Shown: piece after piece, positions 7,349 through 15,075 of the stretch
Layout of the letters: each line of letters begins with the position of its first letter
How positions within the stretch are numbered: position 1 is the first letter of the stretch
Assembly: GCA_024684465.1 (NCBI GenBank)
Contig: JAIKWW010000018.1
Coordinates: 12,592 to 36,591, forward strand
Source: Clostridia bacterium
Lineage (GTDB): Bacteria > Bacillota > Clostridia > Peptostreptococcales > Anaerovoracaceae
Direction of reading: 5' to 3'
DNA length: 24,000 nt
Notes under the pieces: model-generated
Database searches by the model: none
What the model was told of the DNA's origin: nothing
Seen by the model: only the letters and a program-made list of their open reading frames with translations
Position numbers and translations under genes: made by a program

Positions 7349-8824
7349 TCACTTAATATTGTACTTTTCCAGCTTTTTATACAACATAGTCCTGGAGATG
7401 TCCAGCATCCGTGCAGCCCTGGACCGGTTGCCACCACACTGTTTCAGCGCATTTATCACAGCTTCCCTCTCGTTTCTGTTCTTGACCTCACTGAGGGATT
7501 CAACCCGTTCTCTTTTTTCTTCGGAAACAGCCTCTTTCTCCTCTGCCTCTTCAGTATTGCCGTACTTTATATTCTCATTTTCCTGCAGGAAGGCTGTGTT
7601 CATTATGTAACTTTTTCCAAAGATTTCCTGTTCGGGTTCGAATTTTCTGAAATCATCCACGGTAAGTATGTTGGAACCAGTCCCTGCAACAGCTCTCTCC
7701 ACAGCATTCTGCAGTTCCCTGACATTTCCCGGCCAGTCTTTTTCACAAAGATATTCCACGGCGCCGGAGGAGATATCGCTTACATACCCGTTGGCTTCAT
7801 CGTGATATCGCTGCAGAAAGAGTTGAAGCAGCGGGTAGATATCCTCTTTTCTCTGACGGAGCGGCGGTATTTTTATAGTAATAATGTTGAGGCGGTAATA
7901 GAGGTCCCTCCGGAATACGCCTTTTTCAACCAGATAATCCAACGGCATATTGGAAGCCGCTATCACCCGGACATCCACAGGCACGCTCTCCACTCCGCCG
8001 ATCCTCTCGATTTCTTTTTCCTGAAGTGCTCTCAGCAGCTTGGGCTGCATTGAGAGATCCATCGCATTTATTTCGTCAAGAAACATACTTCCAAGGTGAG
8101 CCTTTTCAAATTTTCCCGCTCTTCCACCTTTGACCCCTCCGGTGAAGCTTCCTTCCTCATAACCAAAGAATTCAGATTCCATCAGATTTTCCGGAATTGC
8201 AGAGCAGTTCACTCTAATAAACGGAAACAGACTTCTCCTGCTGCAGTTGTGGATCGCATGGGCAACCAGTTCCTTGCCCGTTCCGGTCTCTCCCTCGATG
8301 AGGCACGAAGCGTTGGTGGATCCCGCAATGTAGATCTGCTCCCTTACACGCTGCATCTCAGGGCTGTTGCCGATGATATCATTTATTTTATATTTCGCCA
8401 TTCCGCTGAAATCGGAATGATCACTGATATAGCCGAACTCTTCCATAATATGTTCAAATCGCTCATTGAAAGCCTGAGCCTCATCCATATCACTGAAGAT
8501 GGAAGTCACCAGACAGCCGGTGATCTCATTATCGGAGTCCTTAATCGGCGTGTACTTCATGATGCCCTGAAGTTCGCGGCCCGCATTGGTCCTCATGAAC
8601 ATCTCTCCGGAAATGACTTTTCCCGTCCTGATGGACAAGAGCGCCGCAGAACCACGGATGACCTCCTCTGCGGAACGTCCCAGCACATTGCTCTCCGGCA
8701 TGCCCGTTGCGATCTGCCAGGGCTTATTTACATAAACATATCTCCCGGCCCGGTCGAGGTACGCCACGATCCCGGCCTGATTCAGAATGTTTCGAAAAAA
8801 ATCATTATTTATGAAATTGTCCAC
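7349..8824 (-). CDS. Sigma-54-dependent transcriptional activator with PAS sensor, AAA+ and Fis-type HTH domains.
   Basis: It has Walker A GETGTGKE, Walker B MFLDEI and the sigma-54 contact loop ESEFFGYEEGSFTGG (a GAFTGA variant). The C-terminal HTH reads NRSRAARMLDISRTMLYKKLEKY, and the N-terminus is PAS-like. The start is a GTG placed unusually close to the GAGGAG, so it is uncertain. Confidence 0.9.
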   Translation of the reverse strand: MDNFINNDFFRNILNQAGIVAYLDRAGRYVYVNKPWQIATGMPESNVLGRSAEEVIRGSAALLSIRTGKVISGEMFMRTNAGRELQGIMKYTPIKDSDNEITGCLVTSIFSDMDEAQAFNERFEHIMEEFGYISDHSDFSGMAKYKINDIIGNSPEMQRVREQIYIAGSTNASCLIEGETGTGKELVAHAIHNCSRRSLFPFIRVNCSAIPENLMESEFFGYEEGSFTGGVKGGRAGKFEKAHLGSMFLDEINAMDLSMQPKLLRALQEKEIERIGGVESVPVDVRVIAASNMPLDYLVEKGVFRRDLYYRLNIITIKIPPLRQRKEDIYPLLQLFLQRYHDEANGYVSDISSGAVEYLCEKDWPGNVRELQNAVERAVAGTGSNILTVDDFRKFEPEQEIFGKSYIMNTAFLQENENIKYGNTEEAEEKEAVSEEKRERVESLSEVKNRNEREAVINALKQCGGNRSRAARMLDISRTMLYKKLEKYNIK

Positions 8825-8869
8825 TCCTCACACATCCTTTGTAAATTATGATTTATATACTGTAAATTT

Positions 8870-8897
8870 ATTTTAACATTTTCATTGTCATATTCAA
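8870..8897 (-). promoter_or_regulatory. Possible sigma-A promoter of the activator gene (TTGAAT-N16-TAAAAT).
   Basis: The minus strand has TTGAAT (8897..8892) and TAAAAT (8875..8870). It is located between the htpG terminator and the activator start. Confidence 0.4.
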
Positions 8898-8907
8898 GTA
8901 TTTCAAA

Positions 8908-8944
8908 GTAAAAAGACGCCATCCGGAATACTCCGGACAGCGTC
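8908..8944 (-). terminator. Rho-independent terminator of htpG.
   Basis: The minus strand forms a 13-bp stem GACGCUGUCCGGA / UCCGGAUGGCGUC (two G-U pairs) with a GUAU loop, followed by UUUUU. It lies 30 nt after the htpG stop. Confidence 0.7.
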
Positions 8945-8974
8945 CTTATCATTATTACTTTTATTTTCGCTTCT

Positions 8975-10858
8975 CTATTTCATGAGACCACAGATGGCAT
9001 TGGAAAATGCAACCGGATCCTCAACCGGAAGTCCGGCTATGAGTTCAGCCTGATCGTAGAGCAGTGAAGTATATACTCTGAGTTTCTCGTCATCCTTTTC
9101 GTCAAATGTCTTTCTGAGAGCTTCAAAAGCGGAGTGTTCTCCGTTTATCTCCAGAACTTTCTGCGCGTGAGCCTTTTCCTGGACAGGCATGGAATTGATA
9201 ACCTTTTCCATTCCCACAGACATCTCGCCATCTGTTGAGATGCAGACAGGGCTCTTCTTGAGACGGCTGGAAATGCGGACGTCACGAACTCTGCCTCCCA
9301 GGAATTCCTTCATCTTCGCGAGCAGTTCCTTGTTTTCCTCCTGCTTCTTCTGTAATTCCTGCTTCTCTTCATCAGACTCTTCGATTCCAAGATCATTGTC
9401 CTCTGCCGATCTGAATTCCTTGCCTTCATAATCCTTTATCATTCTCATGAGGAAGTCATCCACATCGTCTGTCATGTAGAGGATCTCATAGTCCTTTTCC
9501 TTCAGCATTTCGATCTGAGGCATGCGTTCGATCTGCTCAACATCAGCGCCGGAAGCATAGTAGATAAACTTCTGCTCATCCTTCATCCTTCCAACGTATT
9601 CTTTGAGAGTGACAAGCTTCTTCTCCGTGGATGAATAGAAGAGGAGCAGATCCTGAAGATCATCCTTCAGACTGCCAAAGCTGTTGTAGAGACCGAATTT
9701 CAAAGCCAGGCCGAAGTTCTTGTAAAAGCCCTCATAAGCTTCCCGGTCAGTATTCATCATCTGAGCCAGTTCGCCTTTGATCTTCTTCTCGATGCTCTTT
9801 GCGATGGACTTGACCTGTCTGTTCTGCTGAAGCGTTTCACGGGAGATGTTCAGCTGAAGATCTTCCGAATCAACAACACCTCTGACAAAACCAAGGTAGT
9901 CAGGAATCAGATCCTTGCATTTATCCATGATCATGACACCGCTGGAATACAGCGCCAGACCCTTATCATAGTCTGGTGTGAAGAAATTGAACGGAGTTCT
10001 CTTCGGGATATACAGCAGAGCCGAGAATGATGAGAGGCCTTCCACGCTGTAGTGGATGACTCTGAGCGGTTCCTCAGTTCCGAAGAATCTGTCCTTGTAG
10101 AACTGAGTGTACATCTCGTCCGTGATCTCACTCTTGGCTCTCTTCCACAGCGGTGTCATGCTGTTGAGAGTATCCATTTCAGTGTATGTCTCGAACTCGT
10201 TGTCCTCTCCGTCTTCCTTCTTTCTGGACTTTTCAACTTCCATCTGGATCGGCCAGCGGATGTAGTCTGAGTACTTCTTTACCAGGGACTTGATCTTGTA
10301 GTCCATCAGATACTCATCGTAGTTAGTATCGCCGTCGTTGTTCTTGAGGTGGAGAATGATCCTCGTGCCGTGTCCGATCATAGCGCTCTCAAACATCGTA
10401 TATCCGTCAGCACCGGAGGATTCCCACTGCCAGCATGCTTCTTCGCCGAATCTTCTTGAAACTACTGTTACCTTGTCTGCAACCATGAATGCTGAATAGA
10501 AGCCTACGCCGAACTGACCGATGATGTCCACATCGGACTTGTTTCCTTCCTCCAGTGACTTCTTGAATTCAAGAGATCCGCTTCTGGCGATCGTCCCCAG
10601 ATTCTTCTCCAGTTCTTCCTTGGTCATACCGATACCGTTGTCGATGATGGAGAGCGTTCTCTCCTCGAAATCAGTCTCGATGCCGATGAAAAAGTCATCT
10701 CTGGACATGCCCTCAGGGCCTTCATAGTAAAGTTTATCTATAGCGTCACTGGAATTGGAGATGAGTTCTCTTAAAAAGATGTCCTTATTCGTGTAGATCG
10801 AATTGATCATCATATCCAGCAGTTTTTTCGATTCCGCTTTAAACTGTTTCTTTGCCAT
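8975..10858 (-). CDS. htpG: Molecular chaperone HtpG (Hsp90).
   Basis: The N-terminus MAKKQFKAESKKLLDMMINSIYTNKDIFLRELISNSSDAIDKL, IGQFGVGFYSAFMVADKV and the full length are typical of HtpG. The track start at 10867 is a GTG inside the SD GAGGTGG. The ATG at 10858 has 6-nt spacing. Confidence 0.95.
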   Translation of the reverse strand: MAKKQFKAESKKLLDMMINSIYTNKDIFLRELISNSSDAIDKLYYEGPEGMSRDDFFIGIETDFEERTLSIIDNGIGMTKEELEKNLGTIARSGSLEFKKSLEEGNKSDVDIIGQFGVGFYSAFMVADKVTVVSRRFGEEACWQWESSGADGYTMFESAMIGHGTRIILHLKNNDGDTNYDEYLMDYKIKSLVKKYSDYIRWPIQMEVEKSRKKEDGEDNEFETYTEMDTLNSMTPLWKRAKSEITDEMYTQFYKDRFFGTEEPLRVIHYSVEGLSSFSALLYIPKRTPFNFFTPDYDKGLALYSSGVMIMDKCKDLIPDYLGFVRGVVDSEDLQLNISRETLQQNRQVKSIAKSIEKKIKGELAQMMNTDREAYEGFYKNFGLALKFGLYNSFGSLKDDLQDLLLFYSSTEKKLVTLKEYVGRMKDEQKFIYYASGADVEQIERMPQIEMLKEKDYEILYMTDDVDDFLMRMIKDYEGKEFRSAEDNDLGIEESDEEKQELQKKQEENKELLAKMKEFLGGRVRDVRISSRLKKSPVCISTDGEMSVGMEKVINSMPVQEKAHAQKVLEINGEHSAFEALRKTFDEKDDEKLRVYTSLLYDQAELIAGLPVEDPVAFSNAICGLMK

Positions 10859-10915
10859 TTCTTCCACCTCTTAAATAAAATCATATCAACATATGTCGAT
10901 GTGTTCGCAAAATGT

Positions 10916-10942
10916 TAGCACTCGTTCAATCCGAGTGCTAAC
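10916..10942. promoter_or_regulatory. CIRCE element (HrcA operator), a perfect consensus TTAGCACTC-N9-GAGTGCTAA.
   Basis: The sequence reads ttagcactc gttcaatcc gagtgctaa, and the palindrome extends to ATGTTAGCACTC/GAGTGCTAACAT (10913..10945). It starts 4 nt downstream of the putative -10 of htpG. Confidence 0.85.
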
Positions 10943-10946
10943 ATTA

Positions 10947-10974
10947 TTATACCCACAGGCATAAAAAAATCAAC
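10947..10974 (-). promoter_or_regulatory. Sigma-A promoter of htpG (TTGATT-N16-TATAAT).
   Basis: The minus strand has TTGATT (10974..10969) and TATAAT (10952..10947), with CIRCE immediately downstream. Confidence 0.55.
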
Positions 10975-10999
10975 CCCGTATTTCACGAGAATACGAGGC
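10964..10999 (-). terminator. Rho-independent terminator after tlyA.
   Basis: The minus strand forms the stem CCUCGUAUU / AAUACGGGG (9 bp, one G-U pair) with a 7-nt loop, followed by UUGAUUUUUUU. The U-tract overlaps the htpG -35. Confidence 0.6.
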
Positions 11000-11015
11000 T
11001 GATCAAGCTGCAATA

Positions 11016-11834
11016 TTATTTTCCTCCGGAAAGTTCATCATGTGCAAGTTCAACAACTTCAGCCGCCTTATCACAAAATGCCGGGAAATCAAACTCTTCG
11101 CGACTCCCCTTCCTTAGGAGAATGAGATATTCTATGTTACCCTTGGCACCGGTCATGGGAGAAAAAGTTAGTCCCTCCGGAACAAGTCCGTTTTCCAGGG
11201 CATATCCTGCAACTTTCTCGATTACTTCACGATGTACCGACTTGTCCCTGACTATACCCTTCTTGCCAACCTGTTCCCTGCCGGCTTCAAACTGGGGTTT
11301 TACGAGGCATACCAGTCTGGCATAATCATTAATCAGCTTCACCGCAGAGGGGAAGATCAGGTTAAGGGATATAAAAGAAACGTCAGCGCTGAGAAAATCC
11401 AGCTTCTCGGCTACTGTTTCCGGATCGAAATAGCGAAAGTTAACCTTTTCCATATTAACTACCCGTTCGTCCGTACGGAGTTTCCAGTCAAGCTGTCCGT
11501 AACCCACATCCACAGAATACACTTTACGCGCTCCGTTCTGAAGCATGACATCCGTAAATCCGCCGGTGGATGCTCCCACATCCATGCATACCGAATCCTT
11601 CAGATCGATCCCGAACTCTTTTATTGCTTTATCGAGTTTATATCCTCCCCGTCCCACAAAAGGACAGGTATCTCCCTTGAGTTCGATTTCAGAATCCACA
11701 TCCACAGGAGTTCCCGGCTTGTCAAAGATCTGACCGCCTATGTATATCTTACCGGCCATGATCTCAGCCTTTGCCCGTTCTCTGGATTTGAAGAAACCCC
11801 TTTTGACAAGGAGCACGTCTAATCTTTCTTTCAT
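11016..11834 (-). CDS. tlyA: TlyA-family 16S/23S rRNA (cytidine-2'-O)-methyltransferase with S4 and FtsJ domains.
   Basis: It has the N-terminal S4 domain MKERLDVLLVKRGFFKSRERAKAEI and the SAM motif MDVGASTGGFTD. Its start overlaps the dxs stop (ATGA). Confidence 0.85.
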   Translation of the reverse strand: MKERLDVLLVKRGFFKSRERAKAEIMAGKIYIGGQIFDKPGTPVDVDSEIELKGDTCPFVGRGGYKLDKAIKEFGIDLKDSVCMDVGASTGGFTDVMLQNGARKVYSVDVGYGQLDWKLRTDERVVNMEKVNFRYFDPETVAEKLDFLSADVSFISLNLIFPSAVKLINDYARLVCLVKPQFEAGREQVGKKGIVRDKSVHREVIEKVAGYALENGLVPEGLTFSPMTGAKGNIEYLILLRKGSREEFDFPAFCDKAAEVVELAHDELSGGK

Positions 11835-13756
11835 TTTTCTTCACCCTCAGGTTTCGTTTCCGTCACGGAAGCCTTCACCTTTCCCGAGGCTCTCGCAAAT
11901 CTGCGGGCAAGCCCCAGAGCGTCAAGGCCATACTGTTCCTCCAGTTCCTTCTGCTTGCCGTGAGGGATGAACTCATCCGGCCAGCCGATCTTTTTTATTT
12001 TAACTGCAAATCCGAAGTTCTCAGCCAGATCTTCCACCTCGCTTCCAAAACCACCGGATGTCACATTATCTTCAACTGTTATGATGTGATGCGTCTTTCT
12101 GGCCGACCGTTCGATCACTTCGGTATCCAGAGGCTTGACCTTTCTCACATCGATCACTTCCACGGAAATGCCCTTTTCCTTAAGGGCCTCCGCTGCTTTT
12201 ATACACCGTCTGGTCATCTTGCCCACTGCAAGAACAGTCAGGTCTTCACCTTCAACCCTGACCTCAGGCCCTATCTGCTCAGGCACACGGGTCACACTTA
12301 TGGACTCTTCCGGCATGGATGCCTTGCCTTTTGGATAACGGATAGCCACAGGGCCGTCCACTATCATGGCGTAATCCATCATCCGGCGGAGTTCAGCTCC
12401 GTCTGAAGGCGCAAGAATTGTCAGGTTCGGCATGTGCATGAGATAGGAAAGATCGAATATGCCCTGATGAGTTTCTCCATCCTCCCCAACGATGCCTGCT
12501 CTGTCTATGGCAAAGATCACAGGGAGATTCTGCATACATACGTCCATGAGAATCTGGTCATAAGCCCGCTGCAAAAACGTGGAATAGATTGCCACAAAAG
12601 GCCTCATCCCGCAGAGCGCCATTCCTGCTGCAAATGACACTGCGTGCTCCTCCGCAATTCCGACATCATATATCTTCTCCGGGAACTGTCTTGCGAAGCG
12701 GGAAAGACCCGTACCGTCAGTCATGGCGGCAGTCACAACGGTGATGCGGTTGTCCCTGGTGGCCATGGCGCAAAGTTTGCTGCCGAAAACTTCAGAAAAA
12801 GTCTTCGGGTTGTCAACGTTTGACTCTATGCCGATTTCCGTATTAAAAGGTCCCACACCATGATATTTCTCTGGGCTGTTCTCTGAAAGGCTGTAACCTC
12901 TGCCCTTTTGCGTGATGCAGTGAACAAGCACCGGTCCCCCTGCCCGTTTGGCTGCTTCGAGGGCTTCCACCATTTCTGCTACATTGTGACCGTCAACCGG
13001 TCCCATGTATGTAAGACCCATCTCTTCAAACATGATGCCGGGCACGATCAGATACTTGACCATATCCCTCATAGTTGAAAGGCCCTTGGTAACACCCTGA
13101 CCTACTCCTGGTATTTTGCCCAGTCCGGACTTCAGTCCCGTCTTCAGTTTCTTATATCTGTCTGAGGTTCTCAGCTTCGCAAGATGTTTTGACAATCCGC
13201 CTCTGTTTTTCGAAATGGACATGGCATTATCATTCAGAACTATGATAATATCCGTATTCATATCCCCTGCATTGTTCAGCGCTTCGAAAGCCATTCCTCC
13301 CGTCATGGCTCCGTCGCCGATTACTGCGACCACTGAATTATTGAGACCCTCACGGTCCCGTGCCACAGCCATGCCCAGCGCCACAGAAATCGAATTGCTG
13401 CTGTGCCCCGAGTCGAATGTGTCATATTCACTTTCATCTCTCTTGGGGAATCCGCTGAGTCCGTCCTTCTGGCGCAGGGATTCAAATCTGTTCCCCCTGC
13501 CGGTGAGCATCTTGTGCACATATGTCTGATGTCCCACGTCCCAAACTATCTTGTCACGGGGTGCATTGAACACTTTATGCAGCGCTACCGTTAGTTCTAT
13601 TATTCCCAGATTCGACGCAAGATGTCCCCCGGTTTCGGAGACAGTATTGATGATCTTCTTCCGGAGCATTGAACATAACTGTTCAAGTTCCTCCGGTTTC
13701 ATGTTATTTAAATCTGACGGGAAGATTCCTTCTTCTATAGTCTTCATAATATTCAT
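11831..13756 (-). CDS. dxs: 1-deoxy-D-xylulose-5-phosphate synthase.
   Basis: The 641-aa product has GGHLASNLG, VWDVGHQTY, the ThDP motif GDGAMTGGMAFEALN and AEEHAV. Confidence 0.95.
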   Translation of the reverse strand: MNIMKTIEEGIFPSDLNNMKPEELEQLCSMLRKKIINTVSETGGHLASNLGIIELTVALHKVFNAPRDKIVWDVGHQTYVHKMLTGRGNRFESLRQKDGLSGFPKRDESEYDTFDSGHSSNSISVALGMAVARDREGLNNSVVAVIGDGAMTGGMAFEALNNAGDMNTDIIIVLNDNAMSISKNRGGLSKHLAKLRTSDRYKKLKTGLKSGLGKIPGVGQGVTKGLSTMRDMVKYLIVPGIMFEEMGLTYMGPVDGHNVAEMVEALEAAKRAGGPVLVHCITQKGRGYSLSENSPEKYHGVGPFNTEIGIESNVDNPKTFSEVFGSKLCAMATRDNRITVVTAAMTDGTGLSRFARQFPEKIYDVGIAEEHAVSFAAGMALCGMRPFVAIYSTFLQRAYDQILMDVCMQNLPVIFAIDRAGIVGEDGETHQGIFDLSYLMHMPNLTILAPSDGAELRRMMDYAMIVDGPVAIRYPKGKASMPEESISVTRVPEQIGPEVRVEGEDLTVLAVGKMTRRCIKAAEALKEKGISVEVIDVRKVKPLDTEVIERSARKTHHIITVEDNVTSGGFGSEVEDLAENFGFAVKIKKIGWPDEFIPHGKQKELEEQYGLDALGLARRFARASGKVKASVTETKPEGEEK

Positions 13757-13792
13757 CCGCGTCCCTCTGCTAAGAACGCGCCCCCATCTTTC

Positions 13793-14380
13793 CTATGTAT
13801 TTTTGTCTTTCTTTTTCCTTTTTGTACCGTGTTCCGCAAATATCGCTATGAATTTGCTGACCCCGTTGATAATCTCCTTGGATCTGGATATGGCGATCTC
13901 TTTTCCGACAGCCTTGCCTCCGATGGTCATGGAGGCGACAAATCCGCTGAGAATCACAGAGCAAAGGGCAGCGTCTGCAAGTCCTGCAGATGCTATCTGC
14001 GTTACAATAAAGGCAGATGCGGATCCACTGATGATCCCGCAGGTATCACCCACCACATCGTTAAAGAGATTGGATACTCTGCTGGCATTTTTTAGGAGCA
14101 TAAGAGCACTTTTTGCTCCGCGGATCTTTCCTGCTGCCATGGAATGAAAAGGTTTTTCATCCGCCACGGTAACCGCGACTCCCAATATATCAAACAGAAT
14201 ACCTATAAAAATGATGACGATCAGAATTATAAATGCCACCAGTATTGACGATTTTGAAAGGAGCATGTCAGAAAACATACTCATGAAAACAGACAGCAGA
14301 AATGCCGCAATGGTGATCAGTACCACCCATCTTCGTCGGGCTTTTTCCGCATCTCTGTCTTTATTCTTATTTTTAGCCAT
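13793..14380 (-). CDS. oapA: Small polytopic membrane protein. By position it is the OLE-associated protein OapA.
   Basis: The 195-aa product has a basic N-terminus, about four hydrophobic segments and a basic C-terminus. It lies immediately downstream of the structured non-coding gap and upstream of dxs, which is the published oapA position. The family call rests on context, not on a search. Confidence 0.6.
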   Translation of the reverse strand: MAKNKNKDRDAEKARRRWVVLITIAAFLLSVFMSMFSDMLLSKSSILVAFIILIVIIFIGILFDILGVAVTVADEKPFHSMAAGKIRGAKSALMLLKNASRVSNLFNDVVGDTCGIISGSASAFIVTQIASAGLADAALCSVILSGFVASMTIGGKAVGKEIAISRSKEIINGVSKFIAIFAEHGTKRKKKDKNT

Positions 14381-14399
14381 TTTATTCTACCATTAGTCC

Positions 14400-15070
14400 G
14401 CAACTGCTGCGGATCTCTCCCGGGTTTCGGAGCATCATCTGATGTCCTCAGTCAACCGGGCTGACGAGACAAATAAAAAATAAGTGGACGATCTGAATGT
14501 TAACTTTATGGCATAGGTCCGGTAAGATTTCCTGCGATGCTGCTGGTCCGTCGCCGGATCAGCGGTTTCCCTTTAAAGCTCCGCACGCCAAGTTGCCTTA
14601 GACGTGACCGGATTACCACTAAGTCCATACTGCAATCCATAGAGATCAAACAGCCTAGGGGATTTCCCCGGCAGTATTGGCCATCCCTATCCTCTTTTGC
14701 AATGCAGGTTTCAGGCAGCAATTGACACAATCCTCCGGCCGTGAGGAACAGCGTCACAGTTCTGCAATCCCCCTGAATCACTCAAGGCAGGCTACGCTTA
14801 GGGAGCAGCCGTACAAAAGAACTTGTACAGCCACGCCGTCAGGTTTATTTCTTGCAGGTGCAAAGAACGCGCCCACAAGCCTCCACGACAAACAGGGATC
14901 GCGCCCATATGCCATTATGGATCGCCCTGTGTGTCTTTCTCCCAGAAATTGCCCCCGACTGGGCGTCAGCGGCAAGATCAAGGAGCTTCATCGATGTGCC
15001 CTTTGACGGATTTTTGGGCCCGTCTTCAGGACAGCCAAATTCTGACTAGGATACTGCGCCACTTATTACA
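14400..15070 (-). ncRNA. ole: Large structured non-coding RNA, a candidate OLE (ornate, large, extremophilic) RNA. The boundaries are approximate.
   Basis: A 695-nt gap separates the ispA stop and the oapA-like start. It has about 50% GC, whereas the other intergenic spacers here are AT-rich. Only short, mutually overlapping ORFs occur on both strands. There are many minus-strand hairpins (14807..14832, 14771..14787, 14658..14669, the GNRA hairpin 14547..14558, 14429..14447, 14397..14413). The synteny xseA-xseB-ispA-[RNA]-membrane protein-dxs-tlyA matches the described OLE locus. Confidence 0.65.
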
Positions 15071-15075
15071 GTATT

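Noticed and set aside
3132-8824. The sigma-54 regulator plus molybdoenzyme block, considered as a horizontally acquired island.
   Set aside because: Hand-counted GC in sampled 60-nt lines (about 50-52%) matches neighbouring housekeeping genes. There are no flanking repeats, tRNA genes, integrases or transposases. Nothing in the sequence supports this.
7274-8851. Long plus-strand ORFs 7274-8053 (259 aa) and 8096-8851 (251 aa).
   Set aside because: They lie fully antisense to the sigma-54 activator gene, whose product has unmistakable AAA+/HTH motifs. Their translations are low-complexity with no recognisable motifs or RBS, so they are shadow ORFs.
11232-11822. Plus-strand ORF of 196 aa.
   Set aside because: It is antisense to tlyA and has no motifs, so it is a shadow ORF.
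13551-14147. Plus-strand ORF of 198 aa spanning the dxs start and the oapA-like gene.
   Set aside because: It crosses a gene boundary antisense to two well-supported minus-strand CDSs, so it is a shadow ORF.
14461-14495. A U-rich run (uuauuuuuuauuug on the minus strand) near the 3' part of the RNA candidate, considered as an intrinsic terminator separating the RNA from the oapA-like gene.
   Set aside because: I found no convincing GC-rich stem immediately upstream of it, so I could not call a terminator. The 3' end of the RNA is left approximate.
14505-14915. An 8-nt perfect long-range complementarity (AUGGCAUA with UAUGCCAU) within the RNA candidate, considered as evidence of tertiary or long-range pairing.
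   Set aside because: A few 8-mer complementarities are expected by chance within about 650 nt, so this is not evidence without covariation.
14381-15075. Alternative identities for the structured gap: RNase P RNA, tmRNA, a group II intron, or a riboswitch leader of the oapA-like gene.
   Set aside because: I did not find the RNase P GAGGAAAGUCC box. There is no tRNA-like end or tag ORF for a tmRNA. The gap is too short and lacks the reverse-transcriptase ORF of a group II intron. It is far too long for known riboswitch classes. The gene context fits OLE specifically.
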